This document shows, piece by piece, positions 1 through 13,880 of a stretch of 64,000 bases of DNA. A program made the translations under genes and the position numbers. The stretch is from contig CDMY01000466.1 of the NCBI GenBank assembly GCA_001179505.1, positions 186,001 to 250,000 on the forward strand. Reading direction: 5' to 3'. Numbering within the stretch: position 1 is the first letter of the stretch; each line of letters opens with the position of its first letter. Origin of the DNA: Vitrella brassicaformis CCMP3155. Lineage: Eukaryota; Protista; Chromerida. A model generated the notes under the pieces. That model saw nothing but the letters and a program-made list of their open reading frames with translations. It was not told the DNA's origin and searched no databases.

Positions 1-277
1 AGCCGTCCATCTGCCAGGTCCATCTGGGTGGCGCCAGTGGGCGCTGGATGCAGCCGCACAGACCGCCCACAGTTCCGGCCTGCCAGCACCGATCCAGAGA
101 TCCCGGCCTTTGGTCGATGGAGAGCGCAGCAGTCATCTGAATAGCTTTTGAGAGGTATGTTGCGGACGGAAACGGTGAACAAGACCACATTATGTAACTC
201 ATTGCCCATCCATCTGCGTTGTGTTCCAGGGTGACAAATTCACTCTTTCATCCGTCGGTTGGCGGCCACCTGCTCGC

Positions 278-3200
278 ATGGATACTTCTCGTCGCCCCTT
301 CGACATCGACGTGGCCATAGAGCACCTCTTGTCACCCGACCAGCTGCCAGATGCCACACTCGATAGGAGCCTCACTCAGGTGATCAAGTATGCCACAGCT
401 GTAGCGAGCGGAGAACTGAGGTGCGGGGCCGTCGAGAAGAACCTCTTCGACCAGCGTCTGTTGCGGCGGCTGGTTGGCGCCATGACCGACGTCAGCAACA
501 CGACACGCCGGGAGATGGCAGCGGTAGTGCTGAGGTGGCTGTGGAACCTAGAGGCCGACGCCGGCGCGCGATTCGCCGGGCGACTCATCTCAGCTCACGG
601 CTCGCCCCGGAAACTCATCAGCGCCCTCGCCGCTGTGCTGCCGCAGCCCGAGGAGGAGGAAGCCGGCTTCACCCTGCTGACGAGCACCATGCGTAACGGA
701 CGGCGCGAGGGCAATGCAGCCGACTATCGAGACTATTTAGTGCAGCACCACCCTGCCGTCCTCGAACGTGCTTTGGCGCGCGTCGAGGGGCTCGGGGAGG
801 ACATGCCCGTTGGCGTCTTGGCGCTGGCCTTCGTGCGGTCGGTGTTTTGCACGGATGGTCGCGACGGCCCTCCCTTCCCGCCGAGTGTGGCCATGTCGAG
901 CGGCTGCTGGTGGGTGCGGATCTTTCGGGTGATGGTGGTGGTCATGTCACGGTTGCCGGCCAAGACCCGAGAAAACATGTATGTGCTGACAGTGCACTAA
1001 ACCGCACTGCAGCAGTTCATCGGACCTGCTGTTCCTTGTCCTTCAGGTGCGATGTTGATGTCAGTGTTCTTTCTAGCGTTCGCATGCTGGCCACAGGGGC
1101 CGCCATGAAGCTAGAATCTGCGTTCGAAGAAGGTATTATGGCAGACAGACAGACACATAGACAGACAGACAGACAGACACCGTGTTTCATGGGATGCGGC
1201 GGCGTGTATCCATGAATCACCGAATCAGGGTCTGATGCTGATATCGTTGGGTACATCGATGCACTCCAACAGCACATCTACCCCTACGTCGACACGTTGG
1301 CCGCCACGCTCACCTCCGACGCAGACGAGCCAGTGCGGTACCGCGCTGCCTTGTGCCTCGACCACATCTTCCTCTCCTGCCTGGCTTTGCAGCATCGCAA
1401 AGGTACCACGGCAGTCACGCGTCTTTTCGCGAACCCCACATCTGTCAATTTCCGCATCTCTCTTCGCCCACGCATGCCGTTCTTTCACTACTGTCTGCAG
1501 ATCCCCTGAGCGACGGGCCTTGGCACCGTTTCATGCGAGTTCCCAGGGCGCTGGAGGCGTACGTTGCGGCCGTCAAGAAGGGCGCCAGGTGCACCAACTT
1601 TCTTGCGCCTGACTGCGTTTCTGTGCCAGTCGTCCTTGCCGGTGGGTGAGGAGGGATCGGCACACAGCAGCCAGTAGAGACAGCACAGCACATCAGGTCT
1701 TCTCATCCCCACTTGCTCATCCATCTGCGCTTCATCGATGTCTCAATTGCTGCAGAGTCTGGATTCCGGGACGACGTGTACCGTTCCGGATGGTTCGCAG
1801 TGCTGTCAGAGTTGGCCCCTGAACGACGCGTCCTCCTGCCGCAGATCGTCGGAAATGCCGCAGACCTCACTGTCGAGAGTGGGCGAGCCAAGGTGACAAT
1901 CGATCTAGGAGAGGCAGCGTTTCATGTCAGCAAGAGAGAGCAGTGGGGTGGGTGTCTGTTGTGTGTGGTGTATGGCTCGCAGATTGCCGTGCGTGACGGC
2001 CTTCCCACAACCCTGTGTGAGATAGCCTTCTGCCTGATCAAGGGCGGCCAGGTCGATCAGCAGAAGGTGGACACGTTCGTAGACTTCGCTGTCGACACTC
2101 TTCGTGCACTCGTCAGGTACACACACTCTCACACACTCACAGACCTGCCTGATCTACAACACTCACTTCACCTTCTGTCTGTCTGTCTGTCTGTCTGTGC
2201 AGCTATGGCGATCGCGTGAGCAGCCGAGGGGGCAGGTTCCGTCCCAATTTCGTCACGCAGGCCATCCTCCAGCACGACTCGGTCAAGGCCATGCGCGCGG
2301 CCGGCCAGCAGGCCAAGGGCCGACGCAAGGGACAGCAGCAGCACCTCATCGTGCCTAAGAAGGTAGGTGACATGTTTAAGATGACACACAGATTGATGGT
2401 CACGGGGCACATTAGCTGTATGTGTTGTGGGTCAGTTGTTGGAGCTATTTGACGAGATGGAGAAGGCGGCCAACGAACGAGCCGAGGCGAATCTAGCGGC
2501 CGAGCTGGCAGATGACCACATAGATGAGGGCAAGAAGGACACCAATACCAACAGCAGCGGCGGCAGTAGGGGCGGCAAGAAGCGATCGAAGGGCAAGAGG
2601 GGCGGCAGAGGGGCAAACGGCACCAAGAAGATCGACAACAACCAAACGGCGTCATCCAGGTGGGTGAGCTGGACAGACGGGAGAAGAGGCCATTCATATG
2701 GACCGCTGATGATGTGTGTGTGTCTGTTGGGCTACACGCAGTGTTGGCGCTGACAACGTAGACGTGGACCCCGTCCAGCAGGAGCACGAAGACAGCGACG
2801 AGATCATGGTCTGCCCGGCCCCCCCAGCCCCTCACTCTCCTCCCCTCCCCGACCCTCATGCTCATTCTTCTCGTCTGCATCGGCGTCTGCGGCTGCCGGC
2901 AGTGGGCAGCAGGTGGGGGCGGGTGATGGTGGTGATGTCGAGGGCGGCGGCTTCGTCACGGTCGGTCGTCGGAAGAGGGGCAAGGGAACCGCCAAGCCGC
3001 CACAGGGCGGCCATGCACAGCAGCAGACGGACAGGACCGACAAACCACACGACAGGTAAACGCCGAGGAGAAAATGGTACCATTCACATTGTCTGTCTGC
3101 TCGTGTCCTGCGTGTGAGTGTGGTCATTCAGCTCTAACACATCAGTGTTGCCCTCTTCGTCCGAGTCGACTCGCCCCTCCTCATCCCGCTCGTCGGTCCG

Positions 3201-4042
3201 TGACGACCCCGGCAGTGCGCCGCCCCTCCCCTCCACCCTGCCACCTCGCCCATCCCGCCCTGCTCCCCCAGTCCCATCCCACATGGCGGGCAATGGTGCA
3301 TCGGGCGGCTATGGCGATGCTCCAGTGTCTCGTGGGGCGGGTCGCGGCCTCGGGGTGCCCATCCTGCGGCCACCGCACGAGATGCAGCAGCCGTCATTCC
3401 CCATTGCTGGCATAGCGACCCCCAAGGCATCGTCGGGCGCCAGTTCGTCATCTGCCGCCTGTGCACCACCTGGCGCATCGTCATCATCCAGGGGGGTTGG
3501 CTCCGAGGGGCATGGCTTCGCCCCGTTGGCAGGCATCAGTAGCGGTAGCAGTTTGCAGAGGGCGGCGGACGACGAGCGCTGCGGTGGTCAGGGCAGGTAC
3601 GCATACTTGTACTTACGCACAGGGAAGCCGAGGGAAATGGGGACACAGACAACAGCCAGTCTTGGCCGCGTCTGTCTGTCTCGCTGGCTTCCTGCAGGTG
3701 TCATGTTGAGGAGGTGAGTGAGTTGGAGACGCTGCGGCAGCAGCTCGAGGCCATGCGGGTCGAGAGGGATGCCATCAAGCGGGAGAAGGACAGGTATGTG
3801 ATTCGACCAACACGTATGAGACACGATCGCCAAATGGGTGGCTTGTGTGTGTGTGCAGGCTGGAGGAGAGCACTGACTGCGACATCTGCATGGCTGACAG
3901 GAGATGCATCGTGTTGGTGCCCTGCCGCCATTTCTGTCTGTGCGGCACTTGTGCGGCCACCCTCATGAGCCGCCCCGTAGACCAGCGGCTGTGTCCCAGG
4001 TGCAGACAGAAAATCACTGCCACAAAACACGTCTACACATGA
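278..4042 (+). pseudogene. Multi-exon member of a family with helical (ARM-like) N-terminus, low-complexity linker and C-terminal C3HC4 (XIAP/MDM2-type) RING; apparent frameshift near 2790-2805
   Basis: Exons from ORFs 221..1000 (ATG 278), 1713, 2216, 2427, 3118, 3714 and 3845..4042 (CDICMADRRCIVLVPCRHFCLCGTCAATLMSRPVDQRLCPRCRQKITATKHVYT*). Colinear with the paralog at 55694-59474. The spacer between GAC CCC and CAT GGT CTG is 32 nt here versus 36 nt in the paralog, which breaks the frame. Confidence 0.6.
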
Positions 4043-4678
4043 GGGAGATGGAGAGAGGGAGAGGGGGCGGGGCGGGGGGGCTGTGTGTTGATTAGACCAG
4101 ACCTCTGTGTGTGCCGTGTACATACATATGACATCGACTGCTGCTGCTTGAATGAATCACTGCTTGCTCCGTTCGATAGCTGCGATAGCTTTCACTCCAT
4201 CCAAGAACACACCCACACACAAACGCATCAATCAATCAATCGCCCTCGGCGACAAACGAATGTCCACACATCCGGCCATCCACACAAGAGCAATGCCTCC
4301 ATCCAATTGATCACTGGCACTCACTGTCTGGCGTATGAGGGCAGCAGCCTGACATTGGCGGCCAGAGGACTGCCCACAGGTGACACACGGATGTGGCCCT
4401 CTATCTCAAACCCATCCAAATACGCCGGCAGATGCGATGATGGCCACACCTCCTCCCTCCTCCCCTGGCCCCTCAACTGCCGCTGGTATCTGGCTTTCGG
4501 CTCAGGCGACAGGGTGGGCGGAAGTGTGACGGGGTCACTCACGTCGGGGGGCGGCAGAGCTTCAACACTGCCTCCTTTGCCTCCAGATGACCGCTCACCA
4601 CGCAGACGCGACCGAGACGGCCTGACAGAACAAGGAATAGCCCACAGGAATGACACCCAACCAAACACACACACATGC

Positions 4679-7600
4679 TTACAAGGCCGGAGGGGCGGGC
4701 TGAGCAATGACGGGTGAGTGTCTCTTCGGTGGCGGGCCCAATTGGATGTCCCGTAGCCGCTGGATGGCGTCCTGCGCCCCCCGATGTGGCGGCTCAAGAG
4801 CTCCGGCTGAGCCCATGAATTTGGTGACCGAGTTAGCGAGTGTGCAGAGGACGCCTGTGGCGTCGTAGAGTGACGCCCGCAGGTGATGGTCGTCCGCCTC
4901 ACTCTCCTCCAGATATGCACGCAACAACCTGACCACACGTGTAAGAGACATACATGTCATCAGTGTGTGGGGCAGTGTCTCTGCAGTGCAATTCGACTCC
5001 TCACTGTGAGGCTGTGCGGAGCTGCTCATTGGTCTGCCTCCTCTGTTGGTGCAGCTTTGCGATCTCCCGCTGACTCCAGTCACGCTCGTTTGCCTCAGCC
5101 TGCACACAGACGTACGGCGCAAAGGATACACGAACACCTTGCTGCCTCACCTGCCACTGGCGCCTCAGCTCAGCGTTAGATTCCTTGAGTTTGGCCAGCT
5201 CCGCCCTGAGGCCGTCAAAGTCCCGCTGGTCCAGCAGCGACGCCTCCAGCTCAGCTACCAACCGTGCGATCTCCTCCTGCATGTATGACATCCATTAGAG
5301 TGTGGTCGTCCTTTGTGTCTTGCATGCTTACGTCCTTTTGCTGCAGTTTCACAGCACTCTGCCTCAGGTCACTGCGCAGCCGATTGAGCTCCTCCTGATC
5401 AGCCGCATGCTGCTGCTGCTGTTGGGTGTCACGCTGCCCCTTGTCCGTGGTTGGCTGCACACAATGAGCAACGAGACGAAGTCAGAGATCGGTTCAGTGG
5501 TGTCGCACCTGTAGTTGCTGCAGTCGTTGTTGCAGGGCAGTGAGTCGTGCGGCTGATGATGAGGCAGCCTCGGTCGCACCCTCGCGAGCACGGCTAAGCT
5601 GCCGCTGCACACACACACATTAAAAGACACGGTGCTTGTGAAGCTTTCTGTCCCCGTGCAGTCCCTGCACCTAGATGGATGTATACCTGCAAGTAGTCGA
5701 TTTCCTCCTCTTGTGCCTTGACCTTGGCCAAAAGCCGGCTCACCTCCTACGTAGTGCACTCATACAGTCAGACAAGGATGCTGCAGCTGATGAACGGGAG
5801 CAGAGGGAAGGGCAGCTTGCCTGTCTGCTTCTCTCCTCATCGAGGACGCTTGGGGCTGCGGCCGCCGCCTCCTGCTGACTCCTCAGCTCATCCGCAAGGG
5901 TATTCCTGACAGATGAGCAGTCCGGTGTTCGATGGACGTGTTCGCTGGTGTGGCCTTAATTACTTTTCTCGTTTGAGTGAGTGCATGAGCGTGCGCAGCT
6001 CGTCGACCTCCTGCTGCAGCTGTGCCGTCCTGGCTATCTCACTTTCATCCCGCAGAGCCTCGCGCTCCCTCACGGCCAACCGCTCCTGACAGAGACACGA
6101 ACGCAGACCTTGATTGAGGGCCAGCGTATATGTGAAAGAGTGATGGTCGGCTTACCTTGGTGTGGCGCAGCTCCAATCGAAGCTCTTGCAGGTCATGCGC
6201 TGTCGCTGACCTGAATACCGTTAGATAGATGCCGTTGATCCTCTGTGTGTCGCATCCCATTCATCTACTTGTTCTCTTCGAGAGTGCGAAGTCTCTGCTT
6301 CTCGCCCTCCAACGCAGCCCTCGTCTCACGCAGCCTGACAGACAACGGGTGGCATCAATGTGACAGACACTTGTCCGTCTGTCTGTCTGTCTGTCCACTT
6401 TTGTTCGGTTGTCTCGTTGTCCTGCCGTGCCTCCCTCAGCTGGGCCTTGACCTTCTCAGCGGCGGCACGGTCCTCATCGATGCCCTGCATGCGCTGCTCC
6501 GTCAGGCGCAAAGTGGTCGTCAGCGTTTCCAAATGTTGCTGAAGACGGAAGAAAACGAGAACAGTTGGGGAGAAATGCGCGCAATAGACTGCACGGCACG
6601 CACCTTGAGTGACTGTTGTTTGCTCTTCCACTGTGCGTTCTCTGCCTCCAGCTCAGCCAAGCGGCCCTGCATGCCGTTTGCGTCTCGCAGCCTCGATTGG
6701 GCGTCATCCAGCTGCTGACGGAGAGACCTCAGCTCACGCTGGACAGACTCAGCGTCTGACGAGCGACACACAGGAAACCAAGGTCAGTGACCCACTTTAC
6801 GTGTGTTGGTGTACTATTTACCGAGGTCCTTTTGGTGCAGCTGGTCCTTGAGTCTGGCGATCTCCCTGTCCGCAGTGCGGTTGGCCCTCTCCAGCTGGGT
6901 GATCCTCTCGTTGTCACTCTCCTGTGCGCTGTGATGCAGCTGCTCCAACTCACGGGCCCTTATGTCCGCCTGGAGGCAGCCAGGACACAGACGACAAGAC
7001 ACGTGGCACGGCACAGCTCCCACTCGCCGACCCACCTGTGTTTTATCGGTCTTGAGGGCCATGTATTCCCTTCGCAGCTGCTGGTACTTGTCCTCAATCC
7101 CCGCCTTCTCCTCAAACTCTAATTCTTCAAACGCCTGTATTCACGTCAGCATACACATACAGATGGAGACACGCTCGCAAGGAAGCCGACCTAGCTGCCT
7201 ACCTGCATTGTCTTGGTGAGGTGCAGCAGCAGGTCATCGTGGCGCATCTTGAACAGCAGGTTCTGGGCAGAATCGCTGCACACAGCCGCCCCGCCACACA
7301 CATGTCTCCGCTCCCTCTCCCTCCCTCCCTCCCTCCCTCCATTACCCTGCCTTGCCTACATGAGCTTGAAGTTGAGCTCCTTGATCATGGCAATGTCCTC
7401 TCGGGTCAGCCGCTTCACTCTGCCCTGCCCATCCTCCTCAGCACCAAGCCGCCGAAGCTGCGAAGCACACCATGCCGCCTCAAGTGAGGGTTTCCTCTCT
7501 GACATGATTGGTGCTGACCTCTGCCAGGTATCTCTCTTCCTTGTATCGGTGTGTGGGAGACTCGATGACGGCCGCACGAGGGGTCGATCGATTCGACCCT

Positions 7601-10600
7601 GTGGTGCCGCCAAGCATACTGTAAGACCAAGGTAAGACAGTATAGATGTGCACCAAGGCTGAGAGGCCACGTGGTGGATGGTGGGTGGGCAACAGTAAAA
7701 CGCTCGCTGACTTGACTCACCGTGCATTTGTGTCCGTCAGAGAGCGCTGCAAAAAGACGAACGGAGGCGCAAAAGACAAGAAACAGACCAGGAAGCTATG
7801 GCCCTGACCCACTCAATGACTCACTCACCCGGAGCTCCTCGGTGCCAAACTGTGGGCTCTCGTCTGCAGCACGATCTCCACCCTCATACACGGCCAACGC
7901 GGGCACAGCGGAGCCACCCTCCAGCCGGTCCCTGGCCCTCTCCTCGAATGTCGCCAAGGAAGCGCCCTGAAGCGTGGCCGTTACCGCCTTGCCCTGAGCA
8001 GCAGCCGACGCTTTCTTAGCAGTTGCAGGTCGGGGTTTGCTTAGAGGGCTCTCAAACCCGAGAGACATGACCTCCCTCTCCAACCTCTCCCCTTCTAGTC
8101 TTCTTTCCAGTGTCCTGTCAGGCGGTGCCTTTGCAGCAGGGGGCGGCCCTCGGCTGGAGGAGCTGGCCGAGTCGGCTCCAGCCATGACCGCTGCCCATGT
8201 GGGCACAGCTGCGGTCTTCTTGGCCTCAAATAGCGGCACAGATGTGGAGGGGAAGTGCTGGGCTGCGCTGACAGCCGGTGGGGGAGTGGCGGCGCGGGGA
8301 GGGATGGGGAGGGCGGCCAGTGGGGGAGGGGGAGGCATGGACGGGGTGCGAGGTGGGGGTGGGCCAGCTAGCTGCATTGGGGGAGGGCGGACAAACGAGG
8401 GAGGGGGGACCTTGTAAGCCGGCATGAACACACCACCAGAGGGAACTGGGGACCTGCATTGCAAAGCCAGATAAGTGTGTCATTCTTTCTGTTTCTCTCC
8501 CATTACCCAGGTCTCGACGGAGGCATGGGTGGTCTGGCGTGTGGTGGGTAAGCCACGGGCGAGCCAAAGGGAGGTCCAAAGTAAGGCGGACTCTGCATCG
8601 CTCTGTCGTCCTTTTTCGGGCTGAGAGCCTCAGGCGTGTGAATTGCCGACACCTCTATGTCAAGAGTGCCGGGCGCGTGCTCGACCTGACTGTGGACAGT
8701 GAAGTCGAACAGAACTCGATCAGACGAGGGGGCAGAACTCTTCGCAGCCACTGGAGGAGGCTTGGACAGCCCCTCTACGTCACCAGTCGACACGTCAATC
8801 CAGCTGCGGTGCTCTGCGAGTGCCTTGGCGGTAACGCCCTCCTCGACCGGCTTCTTGCCGTCACGTGTGCGGCCCTTTCTGCCTGGCGATCCGACCTGTC
8901 GAAAGTCGAGTGTCGGTGCTGCTGTGACGGTGGTCGACAGACCACTGGGGTACGGGGGCGAAGGCTTTGACCGGTCCGTGATGCGCTGAACACTCGACGA
9001 GGCGTCAAATCTCAACGAGTCACGCGGTCCGATGGCTCGCCGCAACCTCCTCAGCTCAGTTCTCAGCCTCTCTGTGTCGCAGTCGCTGGAATCGATGTCT
9101 CTGCCAGAGCTCTTTTGCGACGTCAGCTGGTAGCTGGATGAGTCACGCTCACCACTGGACGACAGACGATTCAGAGACAGCCGTCCCCGATGCTGTCTCA
9201 GCGCGTGCTTGAGCCGACGGTTGTCGACGAAAAGAGAGCCTCTCTGCCGGCTGGGGGGCGTCACAGATCGGCTGTCGGCCTTCTGCTGTGACTTTTTGCT
9301 AGCGCGAAGTGCTGCCTTGAGCGGCTTGGAGTCGAAGCCGACGGTTGTGTCGTCACTCGACGATTCTTGGTGACGAGTCTTGGGGCTTGGCAGCTGGGCG
9401 GGCAGGTCACCCACTGCTCGGCCGAAGACGGGAGAGTGAGACTGTGGCTTGGGGCCGACGGGCTGAGTGGTCTGCGGCTGCGGCTGCGGCTGCTGGTGGT
9501 GGTGGTGGACAGCAGCCGAGGGTGTGGGTGGTGTGTGGAGGGTGAGAGCGTTGGGCGAGTGGATGGGGCTGGTGGGTCGGCCGATGCGGATCGATGGGGC
9601 GGTCTGCGCTCCGATGTTGACTGTATGTGAGAAGGAGGGAATCTCACTGGCCGGCTGGGGCCTTGCCACAAAGACGGGGAGAGGAGAGACGGACGGCGGC
9701 GAGAGCTGGGGATGGCCAAATGCCAGCGGTGTGGGGGTCTGGTATCTGGCTGACAGGACGGGTGAGCTGACTGCCGAAGGGGTCACGCACACTCGAGGCG
9801 GAGAGACAAATCCCAACAAGTGAGGCCGGGACGCTAGGGCAGAGTGAGGATAGCCAAGAGGCGGCCGGGCGGACTGAACAAGAGGGACAGAGTGAAGAGG
9901 TTGAGCAGGGGAAGGGGAAGGGGCAGGGGGAGGAGCGGAAACGCTCCTGGGAGGGATGGCAGTGGGCGGGGCAGAGAGGATTCGTCTGGCCGGCAGCTCA
10001 CACCAGTACGGCAGACCCGGCGTCCAATACCGCTGCACGGGACGACCGAATGCCGGAGGCTCCAAATAGATAGTGGTCGCTTGACCGAAGTGACAGTGGG
10101 CGAAGGGACTGTGGGCAGCAGTCGGACCTCCTCAGTCGCTCCAGCCTTCTGCTGCAACTGCTGCTGGTGGAGTGACAGGGCGCCTCTGGGCGGGAGCTTG
10201 GGCGTTGACAGCGGTGTTTTCCATTCGGGCAGGACCGTTGTTGTGGCACCTAGGTCAGAGAAAGTGGGGGGGCTGTGGCACTGCGGAGAGACGTTGACAG
10301 GCGACCGCACCGGAGACGGAGCGTCCTTCTTAAAGCCTAAATCACCACCAGGGCTCGCGAGGACCGCTAGACGAGCACCATTCCCCCCAGCAAAGTGAAG
10401 ATCAGTGACTGTGCGGGGCGGCGGCCCGGCAAGTGAGCGGGAGACGACGGGCGAGCTGGTGTGGCTGAAGGGTCTGCGGGGGAGGCCTTGTCTGAAGCGC
10501 CGCTTCGGAGGGACCTCTGTGGTGCAGCAGAGGACGTCTGAGAGGCAGGGATCAGGGTTGTCGGTGGAGTCAGAATGGTTGATCGATATCACTCCCTGAA

Positions 10601-10713
10601 AGAATGAAAGGACACACACAGACGACGAACGTGACAATGGCAACTTTTGGCCTTCCCACTCTGCCAACGTGCTGTACTCTCACTTCAGAGGGGCACTGAT
10701 GAGCCGCTGCCAT
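4679..10713 (-). CDS. Large hypothetical protein: Pro/Ser-rich disordered N-terminal half plus long coiled-coil C-terminal half (many exons)
   Basis: Proposed ATG at 10713 (MAAAHQCPSE|GVISIN). Long Pro-rich exons (ORFs 9834, 8503, 7796) are joined by GT-AG introns. Heptad-rich exons follow (e.g. QEEIARLVAELEASLLDQRDFDGLRAELAKLKESNAEL, ELRSLRQQLDDAQSRLRD). A single-gene model is inferred from phase-compatible splice sites. Confidence 0.6.
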
Positions 10714-11285
10714 ATATTGCCAACACGAAACTCGACAGGTGACCCTGGGAAGTGCATGCTCTATGTGGATGGATGAATGGATGGGGGAAGAACGTCGGCT
10801 AAGAGATGCTGGCGGGGTGCTCTATGGCGTCGCTCCGTGATCCGTTGCACACCAGATGTCACTGCAAGCAAGGTAGAACAGGACAAGCATCCATGTCACA
10901 GACAGCGTCTCAGTCAGTAATGGCTGCAGCAGCTTGCAGGGGCTGTGCACTGGTGATTCACCTTTGATTCACCTACAAAGATGCCATCCCAGTACTCCCC
11001 CGCCGCCGTCTTTCTCGGAGCCCCCATCCGCTGCAAGCCCGCCCCCAGTCTAAGACTTTTCTCTGGAGCTCGCAAATCTATCTCGCGTTCTTCCCTGTTC
11101 CTTTGGTCAGTGAGTTCGTTGGCTTCTGGTCGACCCCGCTGCAGCCTCAAGCAAGCATCCAAGATACATCATCATTATCAGCAGGATACGGCGCAAGATA
11201 CGGTGTGTGTAGAGTAGCCCAGAGCATCGGTTGCATCGCGTGGCGTTGGCATCGGTGGAGGGGCGAGTTGAGTTGGAGGTGAAGC

Positions 11286-12506
11286 ATGGGCAAGACGTTT
11301 CGTGTCCTTCTCAAGGGGCATTGCGTCTACAGGTAAGCACGGAGAGAGAGGGAGGGGGACAGGGTCAGGCAGACAGACAGGCAGACAGGCAAGTGGAGGG
11401 GGCACCGCAAGCCAAGGCATATCAGCAAGTCAGAGCTGAAGCTGCATTCACTTGGAGCGAGGGCCAGTCTAGTCTCTAGTCCGTTGTGCACAATCACATG
11501 GCCATGCCCTGTGTGTCCCATGCTTGCCTGCCTGCCTGCTTCCCTTTGTGCTGTGCCTGTCTGTCTGTGTCCCTCTGCGTGTTGTGTCCTGCAGTTGCGT
11601 TGACTGCGGCACCCACCTGACCCACCACGACGAGCTGGTCTCTACCAGTTTCCGAGGACGCACGGGCCAAGCCTGGCTCTTCGGAAAGTGAGTCATGCAG
11701 AGCACCACCACACGCCACGAACACACACAACAGAACAGTGCATTGGATTGGGTGCTCTGCTCTCATGTCTGCCTGTGTGTATGTGTGTTTGGTGTGCAGG
11801 GTTGTGAACGTGTCTGAGGGTCAGCATGAGAACCGCGACATGACCACCGGCCGGCACACCATCGTCGATGTCTTCTGCAACGAATGTGGATCCAACCTCG
11901 GTGCGTGTCGTTGGCTGAATGGATCCATGTCATGAGGCAGGCTGGCCGGGCCGCACTCCCTCCCTCCCTCCCTGTGGCACTCTCTGTGGGTGTTGATGTG
12001 ATGGGTGTCATGTCAGGTTGGCGGTACGAGGAGGCTTTTGAGGAGTCGCAAAAGTACAAGAAGGGCAAGTTCATCCTCGAAAAGGTCAATCCAATCAGCC
12101 ACCCACAAAGAGAGCCAAGCCACACTTGGCTGGGACCGGACGGCCTCCCCGCCACCATCCCATCGTCTTTCTTGTTTTGCTTTCTTTCAATTAGGCGTTG
12201 CTGCGTCCGATTGACACCGACATGGACGACGAGAAGAGCCCCCAGTGCTCCTACCGTGAGCACCACAGCAGTGCCATGGACCCCCTGCTGGTCGACCCCA
12301 CCCACACCGACAGCCAGTCACAACACCCATCATCGCCTGGCCTCCCACCCTCAGAGAGCGACCTGCCCTCACTCGCCGTCATCAGGGGGTCCGAGGGGCT
12401 GCGGACACTCGGCATACGGCTGCTCAACCAGGATCCGGACGACAGAGGGGCGGGGGTCATGGGCAGCCCCAGAGCAACCAACACTGAGATACCCGAGATC
12501 GACTGA
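11286..12506 (+). CDS. YPEL: Yippee-like (YPEL) zinc-binding protein, 5 exons, with acidic/Pro C-terminal tail
   Basis: Exons 11286-11332, 11595-11687, 11800-11900, 12017-12084 and 12195-12506 splice in frame. Product: MGKTFRVLLKGHCVYSCVDCGTHLTHHDELVSTSFRGRTGQAWLFGKVVNVSEG...[42 protein letters not shown], the canonical Yippee motifs. Confidence 0.95.
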
Positions 12507-12649
12507 CTCACTGACTCACTTACTGACTGACCGCGATAAAGGAGCGAGGGGATGGTGGGGTGGTACACATGTATTGTATCCTGTGACATGAAGGGACTGG
12601 CATGCCCGATTTCTTGAGATTACTCCGAAGCAAGCATGCCTCTTTTTTC

Positions 12650-13800
12650 ATGTGCCAGACACAATTGCCAGGGAGGGAGGGAGGAAGGGCCGTCAGTGGC
12701 TGGCTTGTGTGGTGCTGCCTGCCCCGTCAAGTGGTGTGAGGTGTACCGTGTACCATGGTTGGTTGGTTGGGTTGGTTGATTCCTTTCTTGCTTTCTGTTT
12801 GCCAGCGCATCAGTGACTGCCTGACTGATGACCTGCCTGTACGAGTATCGTTTTTCACTCTGCTTGACTAACTTAACAAGGGGAGGGGGGACGAACGAAC
12901 GAACACACAAACGAAGGAACCGGGGATAAACGGGTGGGCCTTTTAAATGCAGACAGACAGACAGACAGACGAGAATTCAGCCCGCCGGAGAAGGGGACAC
13001 AGGGAGGGAGGGAGGGAAGGCCCGTCTGCTGTTTGTTTGTGGGTCCGTGTATGTGTGTGTCTCGGTGTATTTCTGTGTGTTCTTCTGGTTGGTTGGATGG
13101 ATGGATGGGAGGCGGTCCCTCCCCCTCCGTTTTTGCCGACCCTGTGCCAGTTAGTCGGCAGACAAGCCCCTCCTTGCCTCCCTCCCTCCCTCCCTCCCTC
13201 GCTCTTTATCCTTCACATGCCTCACTCACCTATTACCTTGCTGCCTTCTGGCTGGCTGCGGGGGAACGAAGAACCTGCTCGGATGGATGGATGGATGGAC
13301 CGGGGGGCTGGCTAGTTTGTCTGTGCGGGAGAATTCGGCTGATGATCGACACCACACTACAGGCAGGCAGATCCAGACAGGCAGTGAGTGGGGTGGGGTG
13401 GTTCGGTTGCTCTCTCCTTCCCCGATGTGTCATGACGGATGTAGGGCCAGTGGACAGACAGGGAACCGATGGATGGATGGATGGATGGATGGCTGCACGT
13501 CTGTCTGTCTGTCTGTCTGTGTATGTGTGTTTGCGAGAGCTGTCTGCCAGCTCTCGGCAGGGCAGCCAGCCACCCGGCGTCGCTACCATCCATTCATCCC
13601 ATCCATCTGTGGTGTCTGCGTATGTTTGTATGTTTGTTTGCGAGAAAGGCAACTCGAGGCATGACGGTGCAGGGGTGCACCTCTCTCCATTCATTCGTTC
13701 GTCCACTGCATTGCATGCATTGGACTGACTGCATCCCTGTTTGCGTGGAACAATCATGCAGACAGACCGACACAGCTCTCTCTCTCTTTCTCGCGCGCCT
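12650..13800. repeat. Microsatellite/low-complexity intergenic tract ((GACA)n, (GGAT)n, (GGGA)n, (CCCT)n, (GT)n)
   Basis: Directly visible arrays, e.g. 12950-12972 (GACA), 13285-13300 and 13470-13490 (GGAT). Lies between the convergent 3' ends of YPEL and the GPX-like gene. Confidence 0.85.
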
Positions 13801-13880
13801 CCCAAATGTATCTATCTGTCGTCGTGAAAGAAAATGTGACCGAAGCACCGCACCCCCTCACGTACCGCACCGAGCCACAA

